Assembly (NCBI GenBank): GCA_963812155.1
Contig: CAWETW010000003.1
Coordinates: forward strand, 384,001-448,000
Length of the DNA: 64,000 bases
Direction: 5' to 3'
From: Vulcanimicrobiota bacterium
GTDB lineage: Bacteria > Vulcanimicrobiota > Vulcanimicrobiia > Vulcanimicrobiales > Vulcanimicrobiaceae
Part shown: positions 54,159-64,000 of the stretch, one piece after another
How positions within the stretch are numbered: position 1 is the stretch's first letter
Layout: every line of letters begins with the position of its first letter
Program-made: the position numbers and the translations under genes
Notes under the pieces: model-generated
What the model saw: only the letters and a program-made list of their open reading frames with translations
Told to the model about the DNA's origin: nothing
Database searches by the model: none

Positions 54159-55151
54159 ATGATTGCAGCGGTGCGCCGTGCGGCCGATCCGTACGGCACG
54201 GTTCGAATCGAGGAATCCCCGATGCCGGAGCTGCGTCGCGGTGAGGTGCTGTTGCGCGTGCGCGCGTGCGGGGTGTGCCGGACCGATTTGCATATCGTCG
54301 ACGCCGAACTGCCGCCGCATCGCGAACGCGTGATTCCCGGCCACCAAATCGTCGGTGACGTTGCGGCGACCGGCGACGGAGTCGACGCGGCCTTAGAAGG
54401 CCGGCGCGTCGGCGTGTCGTGGCTCGGCGGCACCGACGGCACGTGCGAGCAATGCCAGGCCGCACGCGAGAACCTCTGCGACAACCCGGTTTTTACCGGA
54501 TACGATCGCGACGGCGGATACGCGCAGTACGCGAGCGCGCGCGCCGACTTCACGATTCCCCTGCCCTCCGAACTCGACGATCTCCACGCCGCGCCGCTGC
54601 TCTGCGCCGGAATCATCGGTTTTCGCGCGTTGCGCGTCGCGGGCGTCCAGCCCGGCGAACGCGTCGGGTTGTTCGGATTCGGTGCGTCGGCGCATCTCGC
54701 GCTCCAAGTGCTGCATGCGTGGGGATGCGCGACCTACGTCGCGACGCGAGGCGAAGGTCATCGCGCGTTTGCGCGCCGCTTGGGCGCAACCTGGGTGGGC
54801 GACGCGCTCGAAAAGCCGCCGGTAGGGCTCGATCGCGCGGTGACGTTCGCGCCGGCGGGCGAGGTGGTCGTCTCCGCGCTCGGATCGTTGCGCAAAGGCG
54901 GTGTGGTGGCGATCAACGCCATTCATCTCGATGCGATGCCGTCGTTCGACTACGATTCGCTGCTGTGGGGCGAACGCCAAATTCGCAGCGTTACGAACTC
55001 GACCCGTGCCGACGCTCGCGACTTTCTCGCGGTTGCGGCGGCGGAGCGCATCGTCGCCGAAGCGACCGCATTTTCGCTGCACGACGCATCGCGCGCCCTC
55101 GACGCGGTGCGCGGCGACGCGCTCGACGGCGCGGCGGTCATCGTTCCGTGA
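54159..55151 (+). CDS. Zinc-dependent alcohol dehydrogenase family protein
   Basis: CGVCRTDLH, PGHQIVG, APLLCAG.IG, GFGASAH. Confidence 0.92.
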   Translation: MIAAVRRAADPYGTVRIEESPMPELRRGEVLLRVRACGVCRTDLHIVDAELPPHRERVIPGHQIVGDVAATGDGVDAALEGRRVGVSWLGGTDGTCEQCQAARENLCDNPVFTGYDRDGGYAQYASARADFTIPLPSELDDLHAAPLLCAGIIGFRALRVAGVQPGERVGLFGFGASAHLALQVLHAWGCATYVATRGEGHRAFARRLGATWVGDALEKPPVGLDRAVTFAPAGEVVVSALGSLRKGGVVAINAIHLDAMPSFDYDSLLWGERQIRSVTNSTRADARDFLAVAAAERIVAEATAFSLHDASRALDAVRGDALDGAAVIVP

Positions 55152-55597
55152 GCCGTGGTTTCGTCAAGGACGACGACGACCGTCCCGAACGTCCGGCGGC
55201 GCGTCCCGTCAGCGACAAACCGAACTACGTGACGAGCCGCGGTTTGGCGGCGCTGCGGGCTGCGGCGGACCGAGCGCGAGCGGCCGGCGACAAGCGCAAC
55301 GCAGAATATTACGACGAGCGCGTCGCCAGCGCGGAAGTTCTCAACCCGAAATCCAGCGGCGATAAGGGCACGGTTGCATTCGGCCGAACCGTCGTCGGCC
55401 GCGACGAGCGCAGCGGCGCACCGATTCGGCTGCGGATCGTCGGAGAAGACGAAGCCGATCCGGCACACGGAACGATCAGTTGGATGTCGCCGTACGCCTC
55501 GGCGCTGCTCGGCCACCGCGCCGGCGACCGCGTCGTCGTGCAACGGCCCGCCGGTCCTGCGACCGTGGTCATCGAGGCAGTCGAGATCGAGAGCTGA
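55148..55597 (+). CDS. GreA/GreB family protein (short type)
   Basis: SRGFVKD, NYVT..GL, VAFG, RIVGEDEAD...G.ISW.SP.A.ALLG...GD.V. Confidence 0.85.
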   Translation: MSRGFVKDDDDRPERPAARPVSDKPNYVTSRGLAALRAAADRARAAGDKRNAEYYDERVASAEVLNPKSSGDKGTVAFGRTVVGRDERSGAPIRLRIVGEDEADPAHGTISWMSPYASALLGHRAGDRVVVQRPAGPATVVIEAVEIES

Positions 55598-55605
55598 GCG
55601 AGCGA

Positions 55606-57237
55606 GTGGATCCGCGGCTCAGCATCGTCATTCCCGTCTACGACAATTGGTGGCTGACGGCGCGATCGCTGCGCGCGCTCGACGCTTTGCGCGACGTCGC
55701 GCCGCGATTTGAAACGATCGTCGTCGACAACGCGTCGAGTGACGAAACGCCCGAAGGAATGCGCGCCTTCCCCTGGGTGCGCTACGATCGGCTCGAGCGC
55801 AATCAAAACTTTGCGGGGGCGTGTAACGCCGGCGCGCGCGCCGCAGCCGCACCCGTCGTGCTGTTTCTCAACAACGATGCCTATCCGATCGGCGATGCCC
55901 TGACGCCGCTGGTTGCGGCGTTCGATCGTCCCGAGGTCGCGATCGCCGGTGGCGCGCTCTTCTTCGAAGACGGCGTCACGCAGTGCGCCGGATTCGTCTT
56001 GCTCCCCAACGCACATTGGCACTATTCGCACCGCAATCTTCCGCCGTCTCTTCCCGGCGTCGCGCAATCGCGCGAAGCGCTCGCCGTGTCCGGCGCGGCG
56101 ATGGCGGTGCGCACGCAATCGTTTCTCGACGCGGGCGGTTTCGACGAAACGCTCGTCAACGGATTCGAAGACGTCGATCTCTGTATGCGCGTGCGCGAAC
56201 GCGGCGGCGCGATCGGCTACGTCGCGGAGTCGCGCTTCGCGCACTACGAAGCGGCCTCGGCTCGCCGCTACGCGCGCGAAGCCGACAACGAGGTGAAGTT
56301 TTACGCGCGCTGGGCGTCGCAGCTGGCCGCGCTGCCGCGAACCGGTCGAGGCAGCGTCGGCGCGATCGCGGTGCGCTCCGCGGGTTCGTCCCCGCTGGCG
56401 ATGGCGGCGCTCGAGGATCTGGAAGCCGCACTGCGCGCCTTCGGGCATCCGCTCGTGCCCGGCAGCATACGCCCGTGGCAGCGCCTCGACGCACGCTTCC
56501 GGGAAGGCGCGTCGCTCGGGTGGTTTGCCTCCGGGGTCGCCGCGCCGGGAGTCACCGTTGAAGGCGACGGCACGGCGCCGGCCGTGCTGCGCGCGCATGG
56601 TGCCTCCAACGTGTGCGTTCCGTGGCTTCCCTGCGCGAATGCCGAACGCGCCGCTGCGTTACCGTTGCGCTTCGATCCCGCGACCGAAACGATCGCCGTC
56701 GCCGGATTCGATGCGGCGCCGCCCGCGCGGCGCCACGATCTCGTCGCCGCGCTCGACGCGGTTGCATCGCGGCGGGATGCGATGCGTATTCTCGTTCTCA
56801 CGAACGACGGCGCGGCGAACGAACTCGTGCGGCATTTCGGCGGTCGGGCCGAATCCGTTTCGCTGCTCGCGACCGACGCCGCGGGGCGCTTTGCGACGGC
56901 GGGCGTCGTACACGCCGGCCTCACCGATCCGGCGGCATTCGGCAACGTGCTGCTTGCGCAAGCAGAACTGCCGTCGATCGTCGTCAACGACGATCTGCGC
57001 GCGATCTTCGCACGCGATGTGGCGACCTACGCCGGCGGCGATGCGAGCGCCGCGATCGAGCGCGTTCTCGCCGACGCCGATTTGCGGCTTCGCAACGCGC
57101 GTCTCGGTTCGGCCGATGCGCGCCGCCGCTTTTCGCCGCGGCGCTCGGCGGTTCGCGTCGTCGATGTGCTGTGCGCCGCGCGCTTCGGCCTCGAACGCCC
57201 CGAGCCCGCCCGCACCAACTCTCCGCTCGAGCGCTGA
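55606..57237 (+). CDS. GT2 family glycosyltransferase with C-terminal extension
   Basis: LSIVIPVY, VVDNASSD, NFAGACNAGA, FLNND, GGFDE, FEDVDLC.R. Confidence 0.88.
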   Translation: MDPRLSIVIPVYDNWWLTARSLRALDALRDVAPRFETIVVDNASSDETPEGMRAFPWVRYDRLERNQNFAGACNAGARAAAAPVVLFLNNDAYPIGDALTPLVAAFDRPEVAIAGGALFFEDGVTQCAGFVLLPNAHWHYSHRNLPPSLPGVAQSREALAVSGAAMAVRTQSFLDAGGFDETLVNGFEDVDLCMRVRERGGAIGYVAESRFAHYEAASARRYAREADNEVKFYARWASQLAALPRTGRGSVGAIAVRSAGSSPLAMAALEDLEAALRAFGHPLVPGSIRPWQRLDARFREGASLGWFASGVAAPGVTVEGDGTAPAVLRAHGASNVCVPWLPCANAERAAALPLRFDPATETIAVAGFDAAPPARRHDLVAALDAVASRRDAMRILVLTNDGAANELVRHFGGRAESVSLLATDAAGRFATAGVVHAGLTDPAAFGNVLLAQAELPSIVVNDDLRAIFARDVATYAGGDASAAIERVLADADLRLRNARLGSADARRRFSPRRSAVRVVDVLCAARFGLERPEPARTNSPLER

Positions 57238-57244
57238 CGCGAGC

Positions 57245-57362
57245 TCCTTCGACTGCGCGCCGTCGGCGCTCCGCTCAGGATGACACAGAGGACGCCTTCG
57301 CTCAGGATGACACAGAGAAGCTCCACTCAGGATGACACCGAGGAGTTCCGCTTAGGATGACA
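57245..57362 (-). repeat. TGTCATCC repeat array (4 units) between convergent genes
   Basis: Full unit 57245-57285; short units ending 57312, 57337 and 57362. Confidence 0.95.
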
Positions 57363-58942
57363 CAAGGGGCGGGCCGTAGCCGCCGCCGCCGGGCGTTTGC
57401 ACGACGAGCACGTCGCCGGGTTCGAGCGTGAGCGTCGCTTTTGCACGCGAGCGGCGTTTCGCGTCCGTCGCGAATCAACGCGTGGCGGCCGCACGTTCCG
57501 GGTTCGCCGCCTTGCGCGCCGGCCGGCGCCAGCGTATGGCGATCGGCGAGCAGCGATGCTTGCGCGGTGCCGTCAACGAGTTCGATCGCGCGCACGAGAC
57601 CGCAGCCGCCGCGGTAGCGTCCGGCACCGCCGGTGCCGCCGGCGAATTCGTACCGCACGACGCGTAACGGATAGTCGCGTTCGATCGCTTCGATCGGCGT
57701 GTTCGACGTGTTGGTCATGTGGCATTGAATGCCGTCGATGCCGTCGTCGTTCGGACGCGCGCCCATGCCGCAGCCGATCGTCTCGTAGAACGCCCAAGTT
57801 CGTCCGTCTGCGCGCGTGCCGCCGAGCATCACGTTGCTCATCGTGCCGCCGCTCGACGCCGGAACGCGATCCGGTACGGCGCGCGCCAGCGCTTGCAGCA
57901 CGACCTCGGCGTTGCGCGTGCTCGTTTCGACGTTGCCGCCCGAAACCGGCGCCGGCCGCCGCGGATTCAACAGCGTTCCCTCGGGAACGAACACGTCAAC
58001 CGGTCGAAAGCAGCCGTCGTTCATCGGAATCGTGGGATCGGTCACGGCCCGCAGGGCGTAATGGACGCCCGACAGCGTGACGCCGAAGACGGCGTTGAGC
58101 GGAGCCGCGATCTGCCGGCACGTTCCGGTGTAGTCCAAACTTGCGCTTCCATCGCGCAACGTCAACGCGAGCGCGATGCGCAGCGACGGCACGCCGCCGG
58201 CATCCTCGAGGAAATCCTCGGCTTCGAAGCGTCCGTCGCCGAGCTCGACGAGCGCGTTGCGCATGCGCGTTTCGCTGTCGTCGAGAATACGATCGACGGC
58301 ACGCGCGAGAAATTGCGCGCCATACCGTTCGCAGAGTTCGATCAGCCGGCGTTCGCCCGTGTAGTTGCCGGCCGTCTGCGCGCGCAAATCTCCGCCGCGC
58401 GCCTCCGGCGTCCGGGAGTTGGCGGCGAACAACGCGAGCGTCGCCGCGACCGGCGCGTCGTTTTCGACCAGCCGCATCGGCGGCACGACGAGACCTTCCG
58501 CAAACAAATCCACCGCGGCGACCGGCATCGAACCCGGCGCGCTGCCGCCGACGTCGGCGTGATGCGCTTTGTTGGCCGCATAACCAACGAGCGCGTCATG
58601 GAAGAAAACGGGACGCACGACGGTGACGTCGTTGAGGTGGGTGCCGGTAACGTACGGATCGTTGGCGACCCACATGTCGCCGGCGCGCATTCCGCCGCAC
58701 TCCGCCTCGATCACGCGCAGCATCTGCGTCAGCCCCCACGGCAGCGATCCCAGATGCACGGGAATGTGCTCGGCCTGCGCGATCAAACGTCCGCGCGCGT
58801 CGAAGAGCGCGCACGAATGGTCGAGGCGTTCCTTGACGTTCGGCGAGTATGCGCTATTGCGAACGGCGACGCCCATCTCTTCGCTCGCGTACACGAGCGC
58901 GTTGGCAATCACTTCGACTGCAACCGGATCGACTCGTTTCAC
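57352..58942 (-). CDS. Hydantoinase B / 5-oxoprolinase subunit (frameshift near 57445)
   Basis: EEMG....SAYSPNVKERLD.SC, HIPVHLG, NDPY..GTHLND, HHAD.GG, TN..NTPIE; the other frame gives TPGGGGYG ending at TAA 57354-57352. Confidence 0.92.
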
Positions 58943-61063
58943 GCTTTTGCCTCGCGGTCGAGCACCAGCAGGTCTTCGTGCACGCGCAACGTCCAGCCGG
59001 GCGCGACGTACGTCGTCGTGTCGTACTGCTCGACGATCGCAGCACCGCGTATCATGTCGCCGCCGGCAAGCGCGTCGCGCGCATACACCGGTGACGACGC
59101 GAAACGATTTCCAAGCCACACGGGGCGTTCGCCGGCCTGCGGCACCTCTCGCGCTTCGACGCCGCGGCCCGCGGCCGCTTCGCTCAGCGTGACACTGGGA
59201 GGCGCGGCGCTCGGCGTGACGGCGGCAGCGGTCGCCGGCGCGAAACTGCCGGTGGCGGTGAGACGGGCGCCGACGATTTCGATGCGTTCGTCCGGCGCGT
59301 CGTATCCGTAACGCGCGCGGTGCGCGGCGTGGAAGGCTTGCGCGGCGCCGTCTCGGGAGCCGTCGTACGGAATCGTCAGCTCGAAGCTTTGGCCCACGTA
59401 TCGCGCTTCGAGTTCCCGTCGAAACTCAATCGTGCCGTCATCTGCGCCTTGTGCGCGCAGCGCGTCGCGTCCGCGCGCTTCCCATTCGTCGAACGTGCGA
59501 TCGAGGGCGGCGGGGTCAACGTCGTCGAGCACGCGCATGACCGGCGCGGTGAAGCGTTCGCGCAGCTCTGCAGCGAGCAAACCTTGGGCCGAGAAGACCC
59601 CGGGGCGCGCGGGAACGAGAATGCGCGCGATGCCGAGTTCCTCGGCGAGCGCGCACGCGTGCAGCGGGCCGCCTCCCCCGAACGCTGCTAGCGTGAAGGC
59701 GCGCGGATCGAGTCCCCGTTCGAGCGTCACGATGCGCAGCGCCTTAGCCATCTGCGCGTCGACGATCGTCACGATGCCGGCGGCGGTCTGCTCGACGCTC
59801 AGGCCTACAGCGTTGGCGAGCGCCGAGATCGCGGCGTGGGAGCGACTCGACTCGATTGGAAACGTGCCGCCGAGTAACGCGCCGGAATTCGAGCCGTCCG
59901 AGCACGACGTTCGCGTCGGTGACCGTCGCGCGATCCGATTCGCCGTAACACGCCGGCCCCGGATCGGCGCCTGCCGATAGCGGTCCCACGCGCAGCGCGC
60001 CCGCGCCGTCGACCCACGCGATCGTGCCGCCGCCCGCGCTTACCTCTGCGAGATCGACGAACGGAAAGCGCACCGGATAGCCGCTGCCTTTGACCGCGCG
60101 GCCGCTGTGCGTTCGTCCTGCGGCCTCGAACTCCGACGTGACTTGCGCGACGCCGTCGACGATCGCGCCGGCCTTCGCCGTCGTGCCGCCCATGTCGAAC
60201 GAAAGGAGGCGGCGCACGCCGTTTTGCCGGCCGAGCGCCGCGGCGGCGACCGCGCCGCCGGCCGGTCCGCTTTCGATGGTTGCCGCGGGATGCGTCGCAG
60301 CGCGGGCGGCAGTCGCCAATCCGCCGTCGCTGTGCATGACGTACAGCGGAACGCGTACGCCGCGCTCGTGCAACGCCGCCGAAACGCGGTCGAGATAACG
60401 GGCGACGATCGGCACGAGCGCCGCGTTGACGACGGCGGTCGAGAAGCGTTCGTACTCGCGATACTCCGGATCGACGTCTGACGACGCGACGACGGCGGCG
60501 TTCGGGAGCGCCTTCGCGACGGCTTCGGCAACGCGCCGCTCGTGCGCGCCGTTCGCATAGGCGTTGAGCAAACACACGGCGACCGCGGCCACGCCGGGAC
60601 GCGCCCGGAGATCGTCGCACACGCCGGCGAGCGACGCTTCGTCGAGCGGCTCGACGATTTCGCCGCCGGCGCCGATCCGTTCGCCCACGGTCAGACGGTC
60701 GTCGCGCGCGACCAGCGGCACCGGCCGCCGCACGAAAAGATCGTAGATCGCGCTGCGGTTTTGGCGCCCGATTTCGATGACGTCGCGAAAGCCGCGCGTG
60801 GTGACCATCGCGATGCGCGGCAACTCCAGGCCGATTTGGCCGAGCAGTGCGTTGGTGGCAATCGTGGTCGAAAGGCCGAGAAAGTCGACGGCTGAGGCGT
60901 CGCACCGGCACGCGTCGAGGGCGGCGTCGAAAGCAGCGAGCACGCCGCGTTCCGGTTCGCGCGGCGTGCTCGGGATCTTCAACGAAAGTACGTTGCCGGT
61001 TTCGGAATCGAGCGCCGCGACGTCCGTAAACGTGCCGCCGACGTCGATGCCTACACGCAACAT
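58939..61063 (-). CDS. Hydantoinase A / 5-oxoprolinase subunit (frameshift near 59890)
   Basis: GIDVGGTFTD, REYERFST, ESGPAGG, DMGGTT, GP.SAGADPGPACY, AFGGGGPLHA; GAGGAG RBS. Confidence 0.93.
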
Positions 61064-61067
61064 CTCC

Positions 61068-61430
61068 TCAATCGGGGCTGATGCAGGCCAGTTGATTCTT
61101 CCACTTCACTTGGACGTTCTTCGCGTTGACCGTGTGCGCGTGTCCGTTGGCCGTTGCAACGGCCGATTTTCCGGTCGCGTCGTTGGTGAACGTCACCGTA
61201 TCGACGCCTGACGTGGACGTATCGACGTCTTCGGAAACGCCGGGCTGGGCGGCGACGCGGGCGTGACCCAGCGTAAACGTGACGCTGCCCAACGAACCGC
61301 TGCACGCGGAAATGGCCTGTTTGAACGAGAGCGACGACGGCTGCAGCGTCACCGTCTGCGAGGCGGCGCCGGCGGCGGCCGTGGCGATCAGGAGCGCAAA
61401 CGATGCCGTAATACCGGCGAGTGCTTTCAT
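61068..61430 (-). CDS. Small secreted hypothetical protein
   Basis: Signal peptide MKALAG...AAGA; beta-rich; two Cys. Confidence 0.6.
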   Translation of the reverse strand: MKALAGITASFALLIATAAAGAASQTVTLQPSSLSFKQAISACSGSLGSVTFTLGHARVAAQPGVSEDVDTSTSGVDTVTFTNDATGKSAVATANGHAHTVNAKNVQVKWKNQLACISPD

Positions 61431-61446
61431 AACGAAGATGACCCCC

Positions 61447-64000
61447 TCAAATTGAGCGATTGCGCTCACCTTGGCGCGCGGGTTCGGCGGCCCCTCTCTC
61501 GGCACGCTCGGCAAACGCGCAAAGCAAGTTGGCCAGAGCCATCTGCTCGGGCGTGCGGCAGGGGATGTCGAGCAAGCGCGGGCTGCAAACCAATATACTC
61601 AACGCTCGGGCGCGCGAGATTGCGACGTTGAAGCGGTTTCGTTCGAAAAGGAACTCCATCGTGCGCGGCAGTTGCTCGCCGCTCGAGGTCGCCATCGAGT
61701 AAAAGACCACGGCGGCCTCGCGGCCTTGGAACTTATCGACCGTTCCGACCTCCACCGAGGATCCGTTCGAGCGTCAGCATTCGCCGGATTAGACGGCGCT
61801 GCGCGTTGTAGGGCGAGACGACGATGACGTCTTCATCGGTGAGCGGGCGCCGCATGCCCGCCTTCGTCGCGGGCTGCGAATCGCTCACCTCACCGCCGCG
61901 CAATCGCAAAATCTCGCGCACGACCGCCTCGGCCTCTTCGATCGACGATGAGGCGTTGCCGTCGTGCTCGATAGGAAAATACTCGAGCCCGGCGCGCCGT
62001 TCGCCGGCAACGTAGACCGCGTGCAGCTCCGCCTCCGGCTTGGGCATCAGACGGCCTTCGTAGGATGCGTCGGAGACGTAGGCGCAGATCTCCGGCTGCA
62101 TCCGGTACGAGACGTCGAGAAAGACGCCGCGGCGTTCGGGTACCGTCTCGTGCGGGCCGAGCAGATGCTGCAGCACCGAGTCGCCGGCCGCAAGCGGCTG
62201 AATGCCTTGGCTCACCTGCGCCAGTTGTGCCGGATCGCCGAGCAGCACGACGTTCTTGGCACAGCCCGAAACGGCCAGCGCGTCGGCGAGTGCGACTTGC
62301 CCGGCTTCGTCGATGAAGATGTAATCGAACGCGCCGTCGAGTTCTTTGCGCGCGAAGAGCCACGACGTGCCGGCCGCGAGATCGAAGTCCCAGCCGTCGA
62401 AATCCTCGTTCTTTGCCGTGACGCCGATCATCGCGTCCGGCAGCGGCGACACGTACAGCGATCCTTCGTTGTCTTTGGTGTACTTGTAGAGGCCGCGGAA
62501 GCGCAGTTCGCGCTCGGCCATCTCGCGCTCGACGCGGTGCAGCAGCGTGTGAATCGCTTTATGTCCGGTGCTCGTGACGCCGACGCGCTTCCCTCGCTGG
62601 AGCAAGTCGCAAATCACGTGTGCCCCGGTCGTGGTCTTCCCGCTTCCCGGAGGGCCCTGGATGAAAAGATAACTCGAATCCAGCGATTGGACGATCGCGC
62701 TGACCGCCGCAGCGTCGACATGGCGAGGTTGAATCGGCGCTCCGGGTGCGACGCCGCCTACGCGCGGATCGCTCGCGCAGAGCAGATCGAAGGTCGCCGG
62801 GCGTTGCGCCGGCAGCGCCCCCGCGACGAAGGATTCGGCAATGCGCCGGAGCGCGCCGCGCTGCGCGCGAGTTGAGGGCGGCCCGGCCGGGATCAGCGCG
62901 GTGACCGCGCGCGCGCTGTCGAGATCGCCGGTCCATTTCAGTTCGAGCCGGTTCTCCGTTCCGTCGTCGTGCAGTGAGACGATCGTGCCGCTCTTCCTCG
63001 TGAGCGGGTCGCACACCGCATCGTGCGGCCCGAGTTTGTAATGCTGATTTGGAAACGCGTACGTATAGATGAAGCTCTTTTTCACGGGCCGCGGCGCAAT
63101 TCGTTCGTCGAGGTGCATGCCGCCGATCGCTTCGCGATCGAATTCCTGGAGTTCGTCGACGTTTTCGCAGCGATCGAAATACTGCCACCACGCCGGCTTT
63201 TCTTCGCGGCGGTGATATGCCAGCAGATTGCCCAGCAGATAGCGCGCGCGCTTGAGCGGCGCCATCGCGCGGAACTCGCCTTCCGACTGCGGCGCAAGGA
63301 CGTCGCGCAGCAGAAGGCGCTCGAGTTCGCTCGTCCGCTCTTCCTCGCGCTGGGCTGCGCGGCGGCCGTCGCACGTTTTGCAGCCGTCGACGTACTCGGC
63401 GTGGCAGGGTTCGTCGGGCGACTTCAACGGCCGCAGCGGCAGATCGACGCCGAACGCCGCGATGGCCTCAGGGCGTCGCGCCAGCAGCCACTCGCGCAGG
63501 CGATACGTCGATTCGCAATCGTCTTTGTTGTACGCTTCGATGTCGGCGAGAATTGCCGGGTCGCGACGTTGAAGCCACTCCTCGAACATGACGATCGACT
63601 CGTCGCCTTTCTTGACGTCCGTTTCGCGAATCTGCTGGTAGAGTTTCTCGACGTTCTTGAGGCCGTAGCGTTCCTCGGAGACCACCAGCGTCTGGCGTAC
63701 GACGGCGAAAAGATCGACGAACACCTCGCCGCGCAAAAGGACGTCAATCTCGTTTTCGCGCGTGCAGTGCGCTTGCGCGAGGCGGCGCAGCGCCGTTTTT
63801 TCGTACGACGCGTAGTGATAGACGTGCAGGCCGGGATATGTCCGGCGACGCGTCCACGATGAAATCGACGAAGGCTTCGAACGCCGCTCTTTCGGCGTCG
63901 CGATCGCAGCCCCAAAAGGCCCGGAAGCGCGGCTCGTCGTCGGGGAGCCAGCAGCCGAAGAGATACTCGAGCCCGCGACGCGGTTCGTAGAGCGGGTCGC
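61447..64000 (-). CDS. TM0106-family RecB-like nuclease / RNase-H-like / SF1 helicase fusion (5' partial, frameshifted)
   Basis: YHYA.YE, FVDL, YGLK.VE, YNKDDCEST, QGPPGSGKT, FIDEAGQ, LLGDPAQL, SYRM, PYNAQ, GTVDKFQG.E, RFNVAISRAR. Confidence 0.9.

Noticed and set aside
49769..57362. 7.6-kb composite transposon from the left GIY-YIG array to the 57.3 kb array
   Set aside because: Orientation would allow it, but the enclosed genes look like ordinary chromosomal genes and I saw no target-site duplication or transposase.

Overview
GC-rich bacterial chromosomal segment, densely coding and mostly housekeeping/metabolic: egtD, stand-alone NHEJ-type polymerase and ATP ligase, betaine-type ABC transporter, ppk1, BolA-Grx-sulfurtransferase, arylsulfatase, rnd-acnA, aceEF, SBP56 with cysteine synthase, TPP riboswitch-thiC, two tandem VPS10/BNR proteins, hydantoinase/oxoprolinase A+B, and a partial TM0106 nuclease-helicase. 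The gene style suggests a soil organism such as Eremiobacterota/Vulcanimicrobiota, but that is only a guess. Many conserved genes carry clustered single-base frameshifts, most simply long-read assembly errors. The standout is a REP-like DNA repeat family, TGTCATCC(T/C)GAGCG(G/A)A-[variable hairpin, usually C-GNA-G loop]-GCAGTCGAAGGA, found at seven sites. Its two largest arrays flank a small intact GIY-YIG nuclease gene (50045-50356) in inverted, inward-pointing orientation, like REP/RAYT loci but with a different nuclease class. A TMEM175-family gene (25555-26190) is bracketed the same way and has the same stop-codon/repeat junction, suggesting a repeat-bounded cargo cassette. No rRNA, tRNA or CRISPR-Cas was recognised.
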